From the human T2T-CHM13v2.0 reference genome, Homo sapiens, in NCBI RefSeq assembly GCF_009914755.1, contig NC_060933.1: a DNA stretch of 64,000 nt. The stretch is one strand, 5' to 3'. The translations under genes and the position numbers were made by a program. Positions 1 through 13,610 of the stretch are shown here, one piece after another. Under the pieces are notes generated by a model. That model worked only from the letters and a program-made list of their open reading frames with translations. It had not been told where the DNA came from and did not search any database. Every line of letters starts with the position of its first letter. The stretch's first letter is position 1.

Positions 1-1099
1 AATGGAAAGGAATGGAATGGAATGGAATGGAATGGAATGCAATGGAATGGAGTCAACCCGAGTACAATGGAATGGAATGGAATGGAATGGAATGGAATGG
101 AATGGAATGGAATGCCTTCAAACCGAATGGAATATAAAGGAATGGAATCAACACGAGTGGAATGGAATGGAATGGAATGGAATGGAATGGAATGGAATGG
201 AATGGAATGATACGGAATAGAATGGAATGGAACGAAATGGAATGGAATGGAATGGAATGGAATGGAATCGTTCCGAGTGGAATAGGAGGGAATGTATTCG
301 AGTGGAATGGAAAGGAATGGAATCAACCAGAGTGGAATGGAAGGGAATGGAATGGAATGGAAACTAATACAGTGGAATCAACCCGAGTGGAATGGAATGG
401 AATGGAATGGAATGGAATGGAATGGAATGGAATTAATCCGAATAGAATGGAATGGAATGGAATGGAACGGAATGGAAAGGAATGGAATGGAATGGAATGG
501 ATTGGTATGGAATGGAATGGAATCAACGCGAGTGCAGGGGAATGTAATGGAATGGAATGGAATGGAATGGAATGGAATGGAATCAACCCGAGTGCAGGGG
601 TATGTAATGGAACGGAATGCAATGGAATGGAATCATCCGGAATGGAATGGAATGGAATGGAATGGAATCAACCCGAGTGCAATGGAATGTAATGGAGAAT
701 AAGGGAGTTGAAAAGAATCAATTCGAATGTAATGGAATGGAATGGAACGGAATGGAATGGAATGGAATGGAATGGAATGCAATGGAATGGAATCAACCCG
801 AGTAAAATAGAATGGAATGGAATGGAATGGAAAGGAATGGAATGCAATGGAATGGAATCTTCCGGAATGGAATGGAATGGAATGGATTGGAAAGTAATGG
901 ATTCAACTCGATTGCAATGGAATGGAATAGAATGGAATGGAATGGAATGGAATGGAATTAAACCGAATAGAATGGAATGGAATGGAATGGAACGGAATGG
1001 AACGGAACGGTACGGAGTGGAATGGAATGGAATGGAATTGTATGGAATGGAATGGAATGGTACGGAATAGAATGGAATGGAAAGAACTGGAATGGAATG

Positions 1100-4000
1100 G
1101 AATGGAATGGAATGGAATGGAATCAACCCGGGTGCAGAGGAATGTAATGGAACGGAATGCAATGGAATGGAATCATCCGGAATGGAATGGAATGGAATGG
1201 AATGGAATGGAATGGAATAAACCCGAGTGCAATGGAATGGAGTGGAATGGAATGGAATGGAATGGAACAACCCGAATGGAATGGAATGTAATGGAGAGTT
1301 AGGGAGTTGAATAGAATCAATCCGAATGTAATGGAATGGAACGGAATGGAATGGAATGGAATGGAATGGAATGGAATGGAATGGAATGCAATGGAATGGA
1401 ATCAAACCGAGTACAATGGAACGGAATGGAATGGAATGGAATGGAATGGAATGGAATGGAATGGAATGGAATGGAATCAACCCGAGTGAAATGGAAATGA
1501 TAGGAATGGAATGGAATGGAATGGAAACTACCCGAATGGAATGGAATGTAATGGAGCGTAAGGGAATTGAATACAATCAATCCGAATGTAATGGAATGGA
1601 ATGGAACGGAATGTAATGGAATGGAATGGAATGGAATCAACCCGATTGCAGGGGAATGGAATGGAAAAGAATGCAATGGAATGGAATCATCCGGAATGGA
1701 ATGGAATGGAATGCAATGGAATGGAATGGAATGGAATGGAATGGAATGGAATGGAATGGAACAACCCGAATGGAATGGAATGTAATGGAGAGTAAGGGAG
1801 TTGAAAAGAATCAATCCGAATGTAATGGAATGGAATGCAACGGAATGGAATGGAATGGAATGGAATGGAATGCAATGGAATGGAATCAACCCGAGTACAA
1901 TTAAATGGAATGGAATGGAATGGAATGGAATGGAATGGAATGGAATGCTTTCAAACCGAATGGAATGGAAAGGAATGGAATCAACACGAATGGAATGGAA
2001 AGGAATGGAATGGAATGGAATGGAATGGAATGGAATGATACGGAATAGAATGGAATGGAACGAAATGGAATGGAATGGAATGAAATGGAATGGAATGGAA
2101 TGGAATGGAATGGAATCGTTCCGAGTCGAATAGGAGGGAATGTATTCGAGTGGAATGGAAAAGAATGGAATCAACCAGAGTGGAATGGAAGGGAATGGAA
2201 TGGAATGGAAACTAATACAATGGAATCAACCCGAGTGGAATGGAATGGAAAGGACTGGAATGGAAAGGAATGGAATGGAATGGAATGGAATGGAATGGAA
2301 TGGAATGGAATCAACGCGAGTGCAGGGGAATGGAATGGAATCGAATGGAATGGAATGGAATGGAATGGAATCAACCCGAGTGCAGGGGAATGTAATGGAA
2401 CGGAAAGCAATGGAATGGAATCATCCGGAATGGAATGGAATGGAATGGAATGGAATCAACCCGAGTGCAACGGAATGGAGTGGAATGGAATGGAATGGAA
2501 TGGAACAATCCGAATGGAATGGAATGTAATGGAGAGTAAGGGAGTTCAAAAGAATCATTCCGAATGTAATGGAATGGAACGAAATGGAATGGAATGGAAT
2601 GGAATGGAATGGAATGGAATGGAATGGAATGGAATCGTTCCGAGTGGAATAGGAGGGAATCTATTCCAGTGGAATGGAAAGGAATGGAATCAACCTGAGT
2701 GGAATGGAAGGGAATGGAATGGAATGGAAACTAATAGAATGGAATCAACCCGAGTGGAATGGAATTGAAAGGACTGGAATAGAATGGAATGGAATGGAAT
2801 CAACTCGATTGTAATGGAATGGAATGGAATGGAATGGAATGGAATGGAATCAACCCGAGTGCAATGGAATGGAGTGGAATGGAATGGAATGGAACAACCC
2901 GAATGGAATGGAATCTAATGGAGAGTAAGGGAGTTGAATAGAATCAATCCGAATGTAATGGAATGGAATGGAACGGAATGGAATTGAATGGAATGGAATG
3001 GAATGCAATGGAATGGAATCAACCCGAGTGCAATGGAATGGAGAGGAATGGAATGGAATGGAATGGAAACTACCCGAATGGAATGGAATGTAATGGAGTG
3101 TAAGGGAATTGAATAGAATCAATCCGAATGTAATGGAATGGAATGGAACGGAATGGAATGGAATGGAATGGAATGGAATGGAATGGAATGCAATGGAATG
3201 GAATCAACCCGAGTGCAATCGAATGGAATCGAATGGAATGGAATGCAATGGAATGGATTCAACTTGAATGGAATGGATAGAATGGAATCAACACGAGTGG
3301 AATGGCATGGATTGGAATGGAATGGAATGGAATCAACCCGAGTACGGGGGAATGGAATGGAATGTAATGTAATGGAATGGAATCATCCGTAATGGAATGG
3401 AAAGGAATGGAATGGAATGGAATGGAATGGAATGGAATGGAATCAACTCGATTGCAATCGAATGGAATGGAATGGAATTAACCAGAATAGAATGGAATGG
3501 AATGGAATGGAACGGAACGGAATGGAATGGAATGGAATGGAATGGAAAGGAATGGAACGGAACGGAAGGGAATGGAATGGAATGGAATGGAATCAACGCG
3601 AGTGCAGGGGAATGGAATGGAATGGAATGCAATGGAATGGAATCTTCCGGAATGGAATGGAATGGAATGGAATGGAATGGAATGAAATGCAATGGATTCA
3701 ACTCCATTGCAATGGAATGGAATAGAATGGAATGGAAAGGAATTAATCCGAATAGAATGGAATGGAGTGGAATGGAACGGAATGGAACGGAATGGAATGG
3801 AATGGAATGGAATGGAATGGTATGGAATGGAATGGAATGGTACGGAATAGAATGGAATGGAACGAATTGTAATGGAATGGAATGGAATGGAATGGAATGG
3901 AATGGAATCAACGCGAGTGCAGGGGAATGTAATGGAACGGAATGCAATGGAATGGAATCATCCGGAATGGAATGGAATGGAATGGAATGGAATGGAATGG

Positions 4001-5170
4001 AATCAACCCGAGTTCAATGGAATGGAGTGGAATGGAATGGAATGGAATGGAACAACCCGAATGGAATGGAATGTAATGGAGAGTAAGGGAGTTGAATAGA
4101 ATCAATCCGAATGTAATGGAATGGAATGCAACGGAATGGAATGGAAGGGAATGGAATGGAATGGAATGGAATCAACACGATTGCAATCGAATGGAATGGA
4201 ATGGAATGGAATGGAATAGAATGGAATGGAATGCAATGGAATGGAATCAACCCGAGTACAATGGAATGGAATGGAATGGAATGCAATGGAATGGAATGGA
4301 ATGGAATGGAATCAACCCGAGTGCAATGGAATGGAGAGGAATGGAATGGAATGGAATGGAAACTACCCGAATGGAATGGAATGTAATGGAGTGTAAGGGA
4401 ATTGAATAGAATCAATCCGAATGGAATGGAATGGAATGGAACGGAATGTAATGGAATGGAATGGAATGGAATCAACCCGAGTGCAGGGGAATGGAATGGA
4501 ATGGAATGCAATGGAATGGAATCATCCGGAATGGAATGGAATGGAATGCAATGGAATGGAATCATCCGGAATGGAATGGAATGGAATGCAATGGAATGGA
4601 ATGGAATGGAATCAACCCGAGTGCAATGGAATGGAGTGAAATGGAATGGAATGGAATGGAAACAACCAGAATGGATTGGAATATAATGGAGTGTAAGGGA
4701 ATTGAAAAGAATCAATCTGAATGTAATGAAATGGAATGGAACGGAATGGAATGGAATGGAATGAAATGGAATGCAATGAAATGGAATCAACCCGAGTGCA
4801 ATCGAATGAAATCGAATGCAATGGAATGCAAAGGAATGGATTCAACTTGAATGGAAAGGAAAGAATGGAATCAACACGAGTGGAATGGCATGGATTGGAA
4901 TGGAATTGAATGGAATCAACCCGAGTACAGGGGAATGGAATGGAATGGAATGCAATGGAATGGAATCATCAGTAATGGAATGGAAAGGAATGGAATGGAA
5001 TGGAATGGAATGGAATGGAATCAACTCGATTGCAATCGAATGGAATGGAATGGAATTAACCCGAATAGAATGGAATGGAATGGAATGGAACGGAACGGAA
5101 TGGAATGGAATGGAATGGAATGGAATGGAATGGAACGGAACGGAATGGAATGGAATGGAATGGAATGGAA
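1100..5170 (+). repeat. Copy 1 of ~4.05-4.2 kb tandem duplication
   Basis: Private marker CAACCCGGGTGCAGAGG at 1124 and 5182 (offset 4058). Identical or near-identical ORFs at offset 4053 (2171/6224) and 4198 (3397/7595, 4014/8212). Confidence 0.92.
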
Positions 5171-8100
5171 TGGAATGGAATCAACCCGGGTGCAGAGGAA
5201 TGTAATGGAACGGAATGCAATGGAATGGAATCATCCGGAATGGAATGGAATGGAATGGAATGGAATGGAATGGAATAAACCCGAGTGCAATGGAATGGAG
5301 TGGAATGGAATGGAATGGAATGGAACAACCCGAATGGAATGGAATGTAATGGAGAGTTAGGGAGTTGAATAGAATCAATCCGAATGTAATGGAATGGAAC
5401 GGAATGGAATGGAATGGAATGGAATGGAATGGAATGGAATGGAATGCAATGGAATGGAATCAAACCGAGTACAATGGAACGGAATGGAATGGAATGGAAT
5501 GGAATGGAATGGAATGGAATGGAATGGAATCAACCCGAGTGAAATGGAAATGATAGGAATGGAATGGAATGGAATGGAAACTACCCGAATGGAATGGAAT
5601 GTAATGGAGCGTAAGGGAATTGAATACAATCAATCCGAATGGAATGGAATGGAATGGAACGGAATGTAATGGAATGGAATGGAATGGAATCAACCCGATT
5701 GCAGGGGAATGGAATGGAAAAGAATGCAATGGAATGGAATCATCCGGAATGGAATGGAATGGAATGCAATGGAATGGAATGGAATGGAATGGAATGGAAT
5801 GGAATGGAATGGAACAACCCGAATGGAATGGAATGTAATGGAGAGTAAGGGAGTTGAAAAGAATCAATCCGAATGTAATGGAATGGAATGCAACGGAATG
5901 GAATGGAATGGAATGGAATGGAATGCAATGGAATGGAATCAACCCGAGTACAATTAAATGGAATGGAATGGAATGGAATGGAATGGAATGGAATGGAATG
6001 CTTTCAAACCGAATGGAATGGAAAGGAATGGAATCAACACGAATGGAATGGAAAGGAATGGAATGGAATGGAATGGAATGGAATGGAATGATACGGAATA
6101 GAATGGAATGGAACGAAATGGAATGGAATGGAATGAAATGGAATGGAATGGAATGGAATGGAATGGAATCGTTCCGAGTCGAATAGGAGGGAATGTATTC
6201 GAGTGGAATGGAAAAGAATGGAATCAACCAGAGTGGAATGGAAGGGAATGGAATGGAATGGAAACTAATACAATGGAATCAACCCGAGTGGAATGGAATG
6301 GAAAGGACTGGAATGGAAAGGAATGGAATGGAATGGAATGGAATGGAATGGAATGGAATGGAATCAACGCGAGTGCAGGGGAATGGAATGGAATCGAATG
6401 GAATGGAATGGAATGGAATGGAATCAACCCGAGTGCAGGGGAATGTAATGGAACGGAAAGCAATGGAATGGAATCATCCGGAATGGAATGGAATGGAATG
6501 GAATGGAATCAACCCGAGTGCAACGGAATGGAGTGGAATGGAATGGAATGGAATGGAACAATCCGAATGGAATGGAATGTAATGGAGAGTAAGGGAGTTC
6601 AAAAGAATCATTCCGAATGTAATGGAATGGAACGGAATGGAATGGAATGGAATGGAATGGAATGGAATGGAATGGAATGGAATGCAATGGAATGGAATCA
6701 ACCCGAGTACAATGGAATGGAATGGAATGGAATGGAATGGAATGGAATGGAATGGAATGATACGGAATAGAATGGAATGGAACGAAATGGAATGGAATGG
6801 AATGGAATGGAATGGAATGGAATGGAATGGAATGGAATCGTTCCGAGTGGAATAGGAGGGAATCTATTCCAGTGGAATGGAAAGGAATGGAATCAACCTG
6901 AGTGGAATGGAAGGGAATGGAATGGAATGGAAACTAATAGAATGGAATCAACCCGAGTGGAATGGAATTGAAAGGACTGGAATAGAATGGAATGGAATGG
7001 AATCAACTCGATTGTAATGGAATGGAATGGAATGGAATGGAATGGAATGGAATCAACCCGAGTGCAATGGAATGGAGTGGAATGGAATGGAATGGAACAA
7101 CCCGAATGGAATGGAATCTAATGGAGAGTAAGGGAGTTGAATAGAATCAATCCGAATGTAATGGAATGGAATGGAACGGAATGGAATTGAATGGAATGGA
7201 ATGGAATGCAATGGAATGGAATCAACCCGAGTGCAATGGAATGTAGAGGAATGGAATGGAATGGAATGGAAACTACCCGAATGGAATGGAATGTAATGGA
7301 GTGTAAGGGAATTGAATAGAATCAATCCGAATGTAATGGAATGGAATGGAACGGAATGGAATGGAATGGAATGGAATGGAATGGAATGCAATGGAATGGA
7401 ATCAACCCGAGTGCAATCGAATGGAATCGAATGGAATGGAATGCAATGGAATGGATTCAACTTGAATGGAATGGATAGAATGGAATCAACACGAGTGGAA
7501 TGGCATGGATTGGAATGGAATGGAATGGAATCAACCCGAGTACGGGGGAATGGAATGGAATGTAATGTAATGGAATGGAATCATCCGTAATGGAATGGAA
7601 AGGAATGGAATGGAATGGAATGGAATGGAATGGAATGGAATCAACTCGATTGCAATCGAATGGAATGGAATGGAATTAACCCGAATAGAATGGAATGGAA
7701 TGGAATGGAACGGAACGGAATGGAATGGAATGGAATGGAATGGAAAGGAATGGAACGGAACGGAAGGGAATGGAATGGAATGGAATGGAATCAACGCGAG
7801 TGCAGGGGAATGGAATGGAATGGAATGCAATGGAATGGAATCTTCCGGAATGGAATGGAATGGAATGGAATGGAATGGAATGAAATGCAATGGATTCAAC
7901 TCCATTGCAATGGAATGGAATAGAATGGAATGGAAAGGAATTAATCCGAATAGAATGGAATGGAGTGGAATGGAACGGAATGGAACGGAATGGAATGGAA
8001 TGGAATGGAATGGAATGGTATGGAATGGAATGGAATGGTACGGAATAGAATGGAATGGAACGAATTGTAATGGAATGGAATGGAATGGAATGGAATGGAA

Positions 8101-9375
8101 TGGAATCAACGCGAGTGCAGGGGAATGTAATGGAACGGAATGCAATGGAATGGAATCATCCGGAATGGAATGGAATGGAATGGAATGGAATGGAATGGAA
8201 TCAACCCGAGTTCAATGGAATGGAGTGGAATGGAATGGAATGGAATGGAACAACCCGAATGGAATGGAATGTAATGGAGAGTAAGGGAGTTGAATAGAAT
8301 CAATCCGAATGTAATGGAATGGAATGCAACGGAATGGAATGGAAGGGAATGGAATGGAATGGAATGGAATCAACACGATTGCAATCGAATGGAATGGAAT
8401 GGAATGGAATGGAATAGAATGGAATGGAATGCAATGGAATGGAATCAACCCGAGTACAATGGAATGGAATGGAATGGAATGCAATGGAATGGAATGGAAT
8501 GGAATGGAATCAACCCGAGTGCAATGGAATGGAGAGGAATGGAATGGAATGGAATGGAAACTACCCGAATGGAATGGAATGTAATGGAGTGTAAGGGAAT
8601 TGAATAGAATCAATCCGAATGGAATGGAATGGAATGGAACGGAATGTAATGGAATGGAATGGAATGGAATCAACCCGAGTGCAGGGGAATGGAATGGAAT
8701 GGAATGCAATGGAATGGAATCATCCGGAATGGAATGGAATGGAATGCAATGGAATGGAATCATCCGGAATGGAATGGAATGGAATGCAATGGAATGGAAT
8801 GGAATGGAATCAACCCGAGTGCAATGGAATGGAGTGAAATGGAATGGAATGGAATGGAAACAACCAGAATGGATTGGAATATAATGGAGTGTAAGGGAAT
8901 TGAAAAGAATCAATCTGAATGTAATGAAATGGAATGGAACGGAATGGAATGGAATGGAATGAAATGGAATGCAATGAAATGGAATCAACCCGAGTGCAAT
9001 CGAATGAAATCGAATGCAATGGAATGCAAAGGAATGGATTCAACTTGAATGGAAAGGAAAGAATGGAATCAACACGAGTGGAATGGCATGGATTGGAATG
9101 GAATTGAATGGAATCAACCCGAGTACAGGGGAATGGAATGGAATGGAATGCAATGGAATGGAATCATCAGTAATGGAATGGAAAGGAATGGAATGGAATG
9201 GAATGGAATGGAATGGAATCAACTCGATTGCAATCGAATGGAATGGAATGGAATTAACCCGAATAGAATGGAATGGAATGGAATGGAACGGAACGGAATG
9301 GAATGGAATGGAATGGAATGGAATGGAATGGAATGGAACGGAACGGAATGGAATGGAATGGAATGGAATGGAATG
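5171..9375 (+). repeat. Copy 2 of ~4.05-4.2 kb tandem duplication (holds 150 bp absent from copy 1)
   Basis: Same markers as copy 1. The offset jumps from 4053 to 4203 across 6621-6784. Similarity ends near 9384, where CAACGCGAGT replaces CAACCCGGGT. Confidence 0.92.
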
Positions 9376-9544
9376 GAATGGAATCAACGCGAGTGCAGGG
9401 GAATGGAATGGAATGGAATGCAATGGAATGGAATCTTCTGGAATGGAATGGAATGGAATGGAATGGAATGAAATGCAATGGATTCAACTCGATTGCAATG
9501 GAATGGAATAGAATGGAATGGAAAAGAATGGAATGGAATTAATC

Positions 9545-11595
9545 CGAATAGAATGGAATGGAATGGAATGGAATGGAATGGAACGGAATGGAATGGAATG
9601 GAATGGAATGGAATGGTATGGAATGGAATGGAATGGTACGGAATAGAATGGAATGGAACCAATTGTAATGGAATGGAATTGAATGGAATGGAATGGAATG
9701 GAATGGAATCAACGCGAGTGCAGGGGAATGTAATGGAACGGAATGCAATGGAATGGAATCATCCGGAATGGAATGGAATGGAATGGAATGGAATGGAATG
9801 GAATGGAATCAACCCGAGTGCAATGGAATGGAGTGGAATGGAATGGAATGGAATGGAACAACCCGAATGGAATGGAATGTAATGGAGAGTAAGTGAGTTG
9901 AATAGAATCAATCCGAATGTAATGGAATGGAACGGAATGGAATGGAATGCAATGGAATGGAATCAACCCGAGTACAATGGAACGGAATGGAATGGAATGT
10001 AATGGAATGGAATGGAATGGAATGGAATGGAATCAACTCGATTGCAATCGAATGGAATGGAATGGAATTAACCCGAATAGAATGGAATGGAATGGAATGG
10101 AACGGAACGGAATGGTATGGAATGGAATGGAATGGAAAGGAAAGGAATGGAATGGAATGGAATGGAATGGAATGGAATGGAATGCCATGGAATCAACGCG
10201 AGTGCAGGGGAATGGAATGGAATCGAATGGAATGGAAAGGAATGGAATGGAATCAACCCGAGTGCAGGGGAATGTAATGGAACGGAATGCAATGGAATGG
10301 AATCATCCGGAATGGAATGGAATGGAATGGAATGGAATGGAATGGAATCAACCCGAGTGCAATGGAATGGAGTGGAATGGAATGGAATGGAATGGAATGG
10401 AACAACCCGAATGGAATGGAATGCAATGGAGAGTAAGGGAGTTGAAAAGAATCAATCCGAATGTAATGGAATGGAATGGAACGGAATGGAATGGAATGGA
10501 ATGGAATGGAATGGAATGCAATGGAATGGAATCAACCCGAGTACAATGGAATGGAATGGAATGGAATGGAGTGGAATGGAATGGAATGGAATGGAATGCA
10601 ATGGAATGGAATCTTCCGGAATGGAATGGAATGGAATGGAATGGAATGGAATGGAATGGAATGCAATGGATTCAACTCGATTGCAATGGAATGGAATAGA
10701 ATGGAATGGAATGGAATGGAATCTAATGGAATTAAACCGAATAGAATGGAATGGAATGGAATGGAACGGAACAGAACGGAACGGAACGGAACGGAGTGGA
10801 ATGGAATGGAATGGAATTGTATGGAATGGAATGGAATGGTACGGAATAGAATGGAATGGAAAGAATAGGAATGGAATGGAATCGAATGGAATGGAATGGA
10901 ATGGAATGGAATCAACCCGAGTGCAGGGTAATGTAATGGTACGGAATGCAATGGAATGGAATCATCCGGAATAGAATGGAATGGAATGGAATGGAATGGA
11001 ATTGAATGGAATGGAATGCCTTCAAACCGAATGGAATGGAAAGGAATGGAATCAACACGAGTGGAATGGAATGGAATGGAAAGGAAGGGAATGGAATGGA
11101 ATGGTACGGAATAGAATGAAATGGAACGAACTGGAATAGAATGGAATGGAATGGAATGGAATGGAATCAACCCGAGTACAGGGGAATGGAATGCAGTGTA
11201 ATGCAATGGAATGGAATCATCCGTAATGGAATGGAAAGGAATGGAATGGAATGGAATGGAATGGAATGGAATGGAATGGAATGGAATCAACTCGATTGCA
11301 ATCGAATGGAATGTAATGGAATTAACCAGAATACAATGGAATGGAATGGAACGGAACGGAACGGAACGGAATGGAATGGAATGGAATGGAACGGAAGGGA
11401 ACGGAATGGAATGGAATGGAATGGAATGGAATGGAATCAACGCGAGTGCAGGGGAATGGAATGGAATGGATTGCAATGGAATGGAATCTTCCGGAATGGA
11501 ATGGAATGGAATGGAATGGAATGCAATGGATTCAACTCGATTGCAATGGAATGGAATAGAATGGAATGGAATGCAATGGGATGGAATTAACCGGA
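9545..11595 (+). repeat. Copy 1 of ~2.0-2.05 kb tandem duplication
   Basis: ORF pairs 9539/11587, 9693/11741 and 9927/11975 (offset 2048). Shared rare variants GGAACCAATTG, GCCATGGAATCAACGCG, ATCTAATGG and GTGCAGGGTAAT. Offset drifts to 2033 by 10974/13007. Confidence 0.88.
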
Positions 11596-13610
11596 ATAGA
11601 ATGGAATGGAATGGAATGGAACGGAATGGAACGGAATGGAATGGAATGGAATGGAATGGAATGGTATGGAATGGAATGGAATGGTACGGAATAGAATGGA
11701 ATGGAACCAATTGTAATGGAATGGAATTGAATGGAATGGAATGGAATGGAATGGAATCAACGCGAGTGCAGGGGAATGTAATGGAACGGAATGCAATGGA
11801 ATGGAATCATCCGGAATGGAATGGAATGGAATGGAATGGAATGGAATGGAATGGAATCAACCCGAGTGCAATGGAATGGAGTGGAATGGAATGGAATGGA
11901 ATGGAACAATCCGAATGGAATGGAATGTAATGGAGAGTAAGTGAATTGAATAGAATCAATCCGAATGTAATGGAATGGAACGGAATGGAATGGAATGCAA
12001 TGGAATGGAATCAACCCGAGTACAATGGAACGGAATGGAATGGAATGTAATGGAATGGAATGGAATGGAATGGAATGGAATCAACTCGATTGCAATCGAA
12101 TGGAATGGAATGGAATTAACCCGAATAGAATGGAATGGAATGGAATGGAACGGAACGGAATGGAATGGAATGGAATGGAATGGAAAGGAAAGGAATGGAA
12201 TGGAATGGAATGGAATGGAATGCCATGGAATCAACGCGAGTGCAGGGGAATGGAATGGAATCGAATGGAATGGAAAGGAATGGAATGGAATCAACCCGAG
12301 TGCAGGGGAATGTAATGGAACGGAATGCAATGGAATGGAATCATCCGGAATGGAATGGAATGGAATGGAATGGAATGGAATGGAATCAACCCGAGTGCAA
12401 TGGAATGGAGTGGAATGGAATGGAATGGAATGGAATGGAACAACCCGAATGGAATGGAATGCAATGGAGAGTAAGGGAGTTGAAAAGAATCAATCCGAAT
12501 GTAATGGAATCTAATGGAACGGAATGGAATGGAATGGAAAGGAATGGAATGGAATGCAATGGAATGGAATCAACCCGAGTACAATGGAATGGAATGGAAT
12601 GTAGTGGAATGGAATGGAATGGAATGGAATGCAATGGAATGGAATCTTCCGGAATGGAATGGAATGGAATGGAATGGAATGGAATGGAATGGAATGCAAT
12701 GGATTCAACTCGATTGCAATGGAATAGAATAGAATGGAATGGAATGGAATGGAATCTAATGGAATTAAACCGAATAGAATGGAATGGAATGGAATGGAAC
12801 GGAACAGAACGGAACGGAACGGAACGGAGTGGAATGGAATGGAATGGAATTGTATGGAATGGAATGGAATGGTACGGAATAGAATGGAATGGAAAGAATA
12901 GGAATGGAATGGAATCGAATGGAATGGAATGGAATGGAATGGAATCAACCCGAGTGCAGGGTAATGTAATGGAACGGAATGCAATGGAATGGAATCATCC
13001 GGAATAGAATGGAATGGAATGGAATGGAATGGAATTGAATGGAATGGAATGCCTTCAAACCGAATGGAATGGAAAGGAATGGAATCAACACGAGTGGAAT
13101 GGAATGGAATGGAAAGGAAGGGAATGGAATGGAATGGTACGGAATAGAATGAAATGGAACGAACTGGAATAGAATGGAATGGAATGGAATGGAATGGAAT
13201 GGAATCAACCCGAGTACAGGGGAATGGAATGCAATGTAATGCAATGGAATGGAATCATCCGTAATGGAATGGAAAGGTATGGAATGGAATGGAATGGAAT
13301 GGAATGGAATGGAATGGAATCAACTCGATTGCAATCGAATGGAATGTAATGGAATTAACCAGAATACAATGGAATGGAATGGAACGCAACGGAACGGAAT
13401 GGAATGGAATGGAATGGAATGGAATGGAATCAACGAGAGTGCAGGGGAATTGAATGGAATGGAATGCAATGGAATGGAATCTTTCGGAATGGAATGGAAT
13501 GGAATGGAATGGAATGGAATGCAATGGATTCAACTCGATTGCAATGGAATGGAATAGAATGGAATGGAATGCAATGGGATGGAATTAACCGGAATAGAAT
13601 GGAATGGAAT
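11596..13610 (+). repeat. Copy 2 of ~2.0-2.05 kb tandem duplication
   Basis: Same ordered variants as copy 1. Both copies end in CAATGGGATGGAATTAACCGGAATAG (~11575 and ~13572). Confidence 0.88.
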
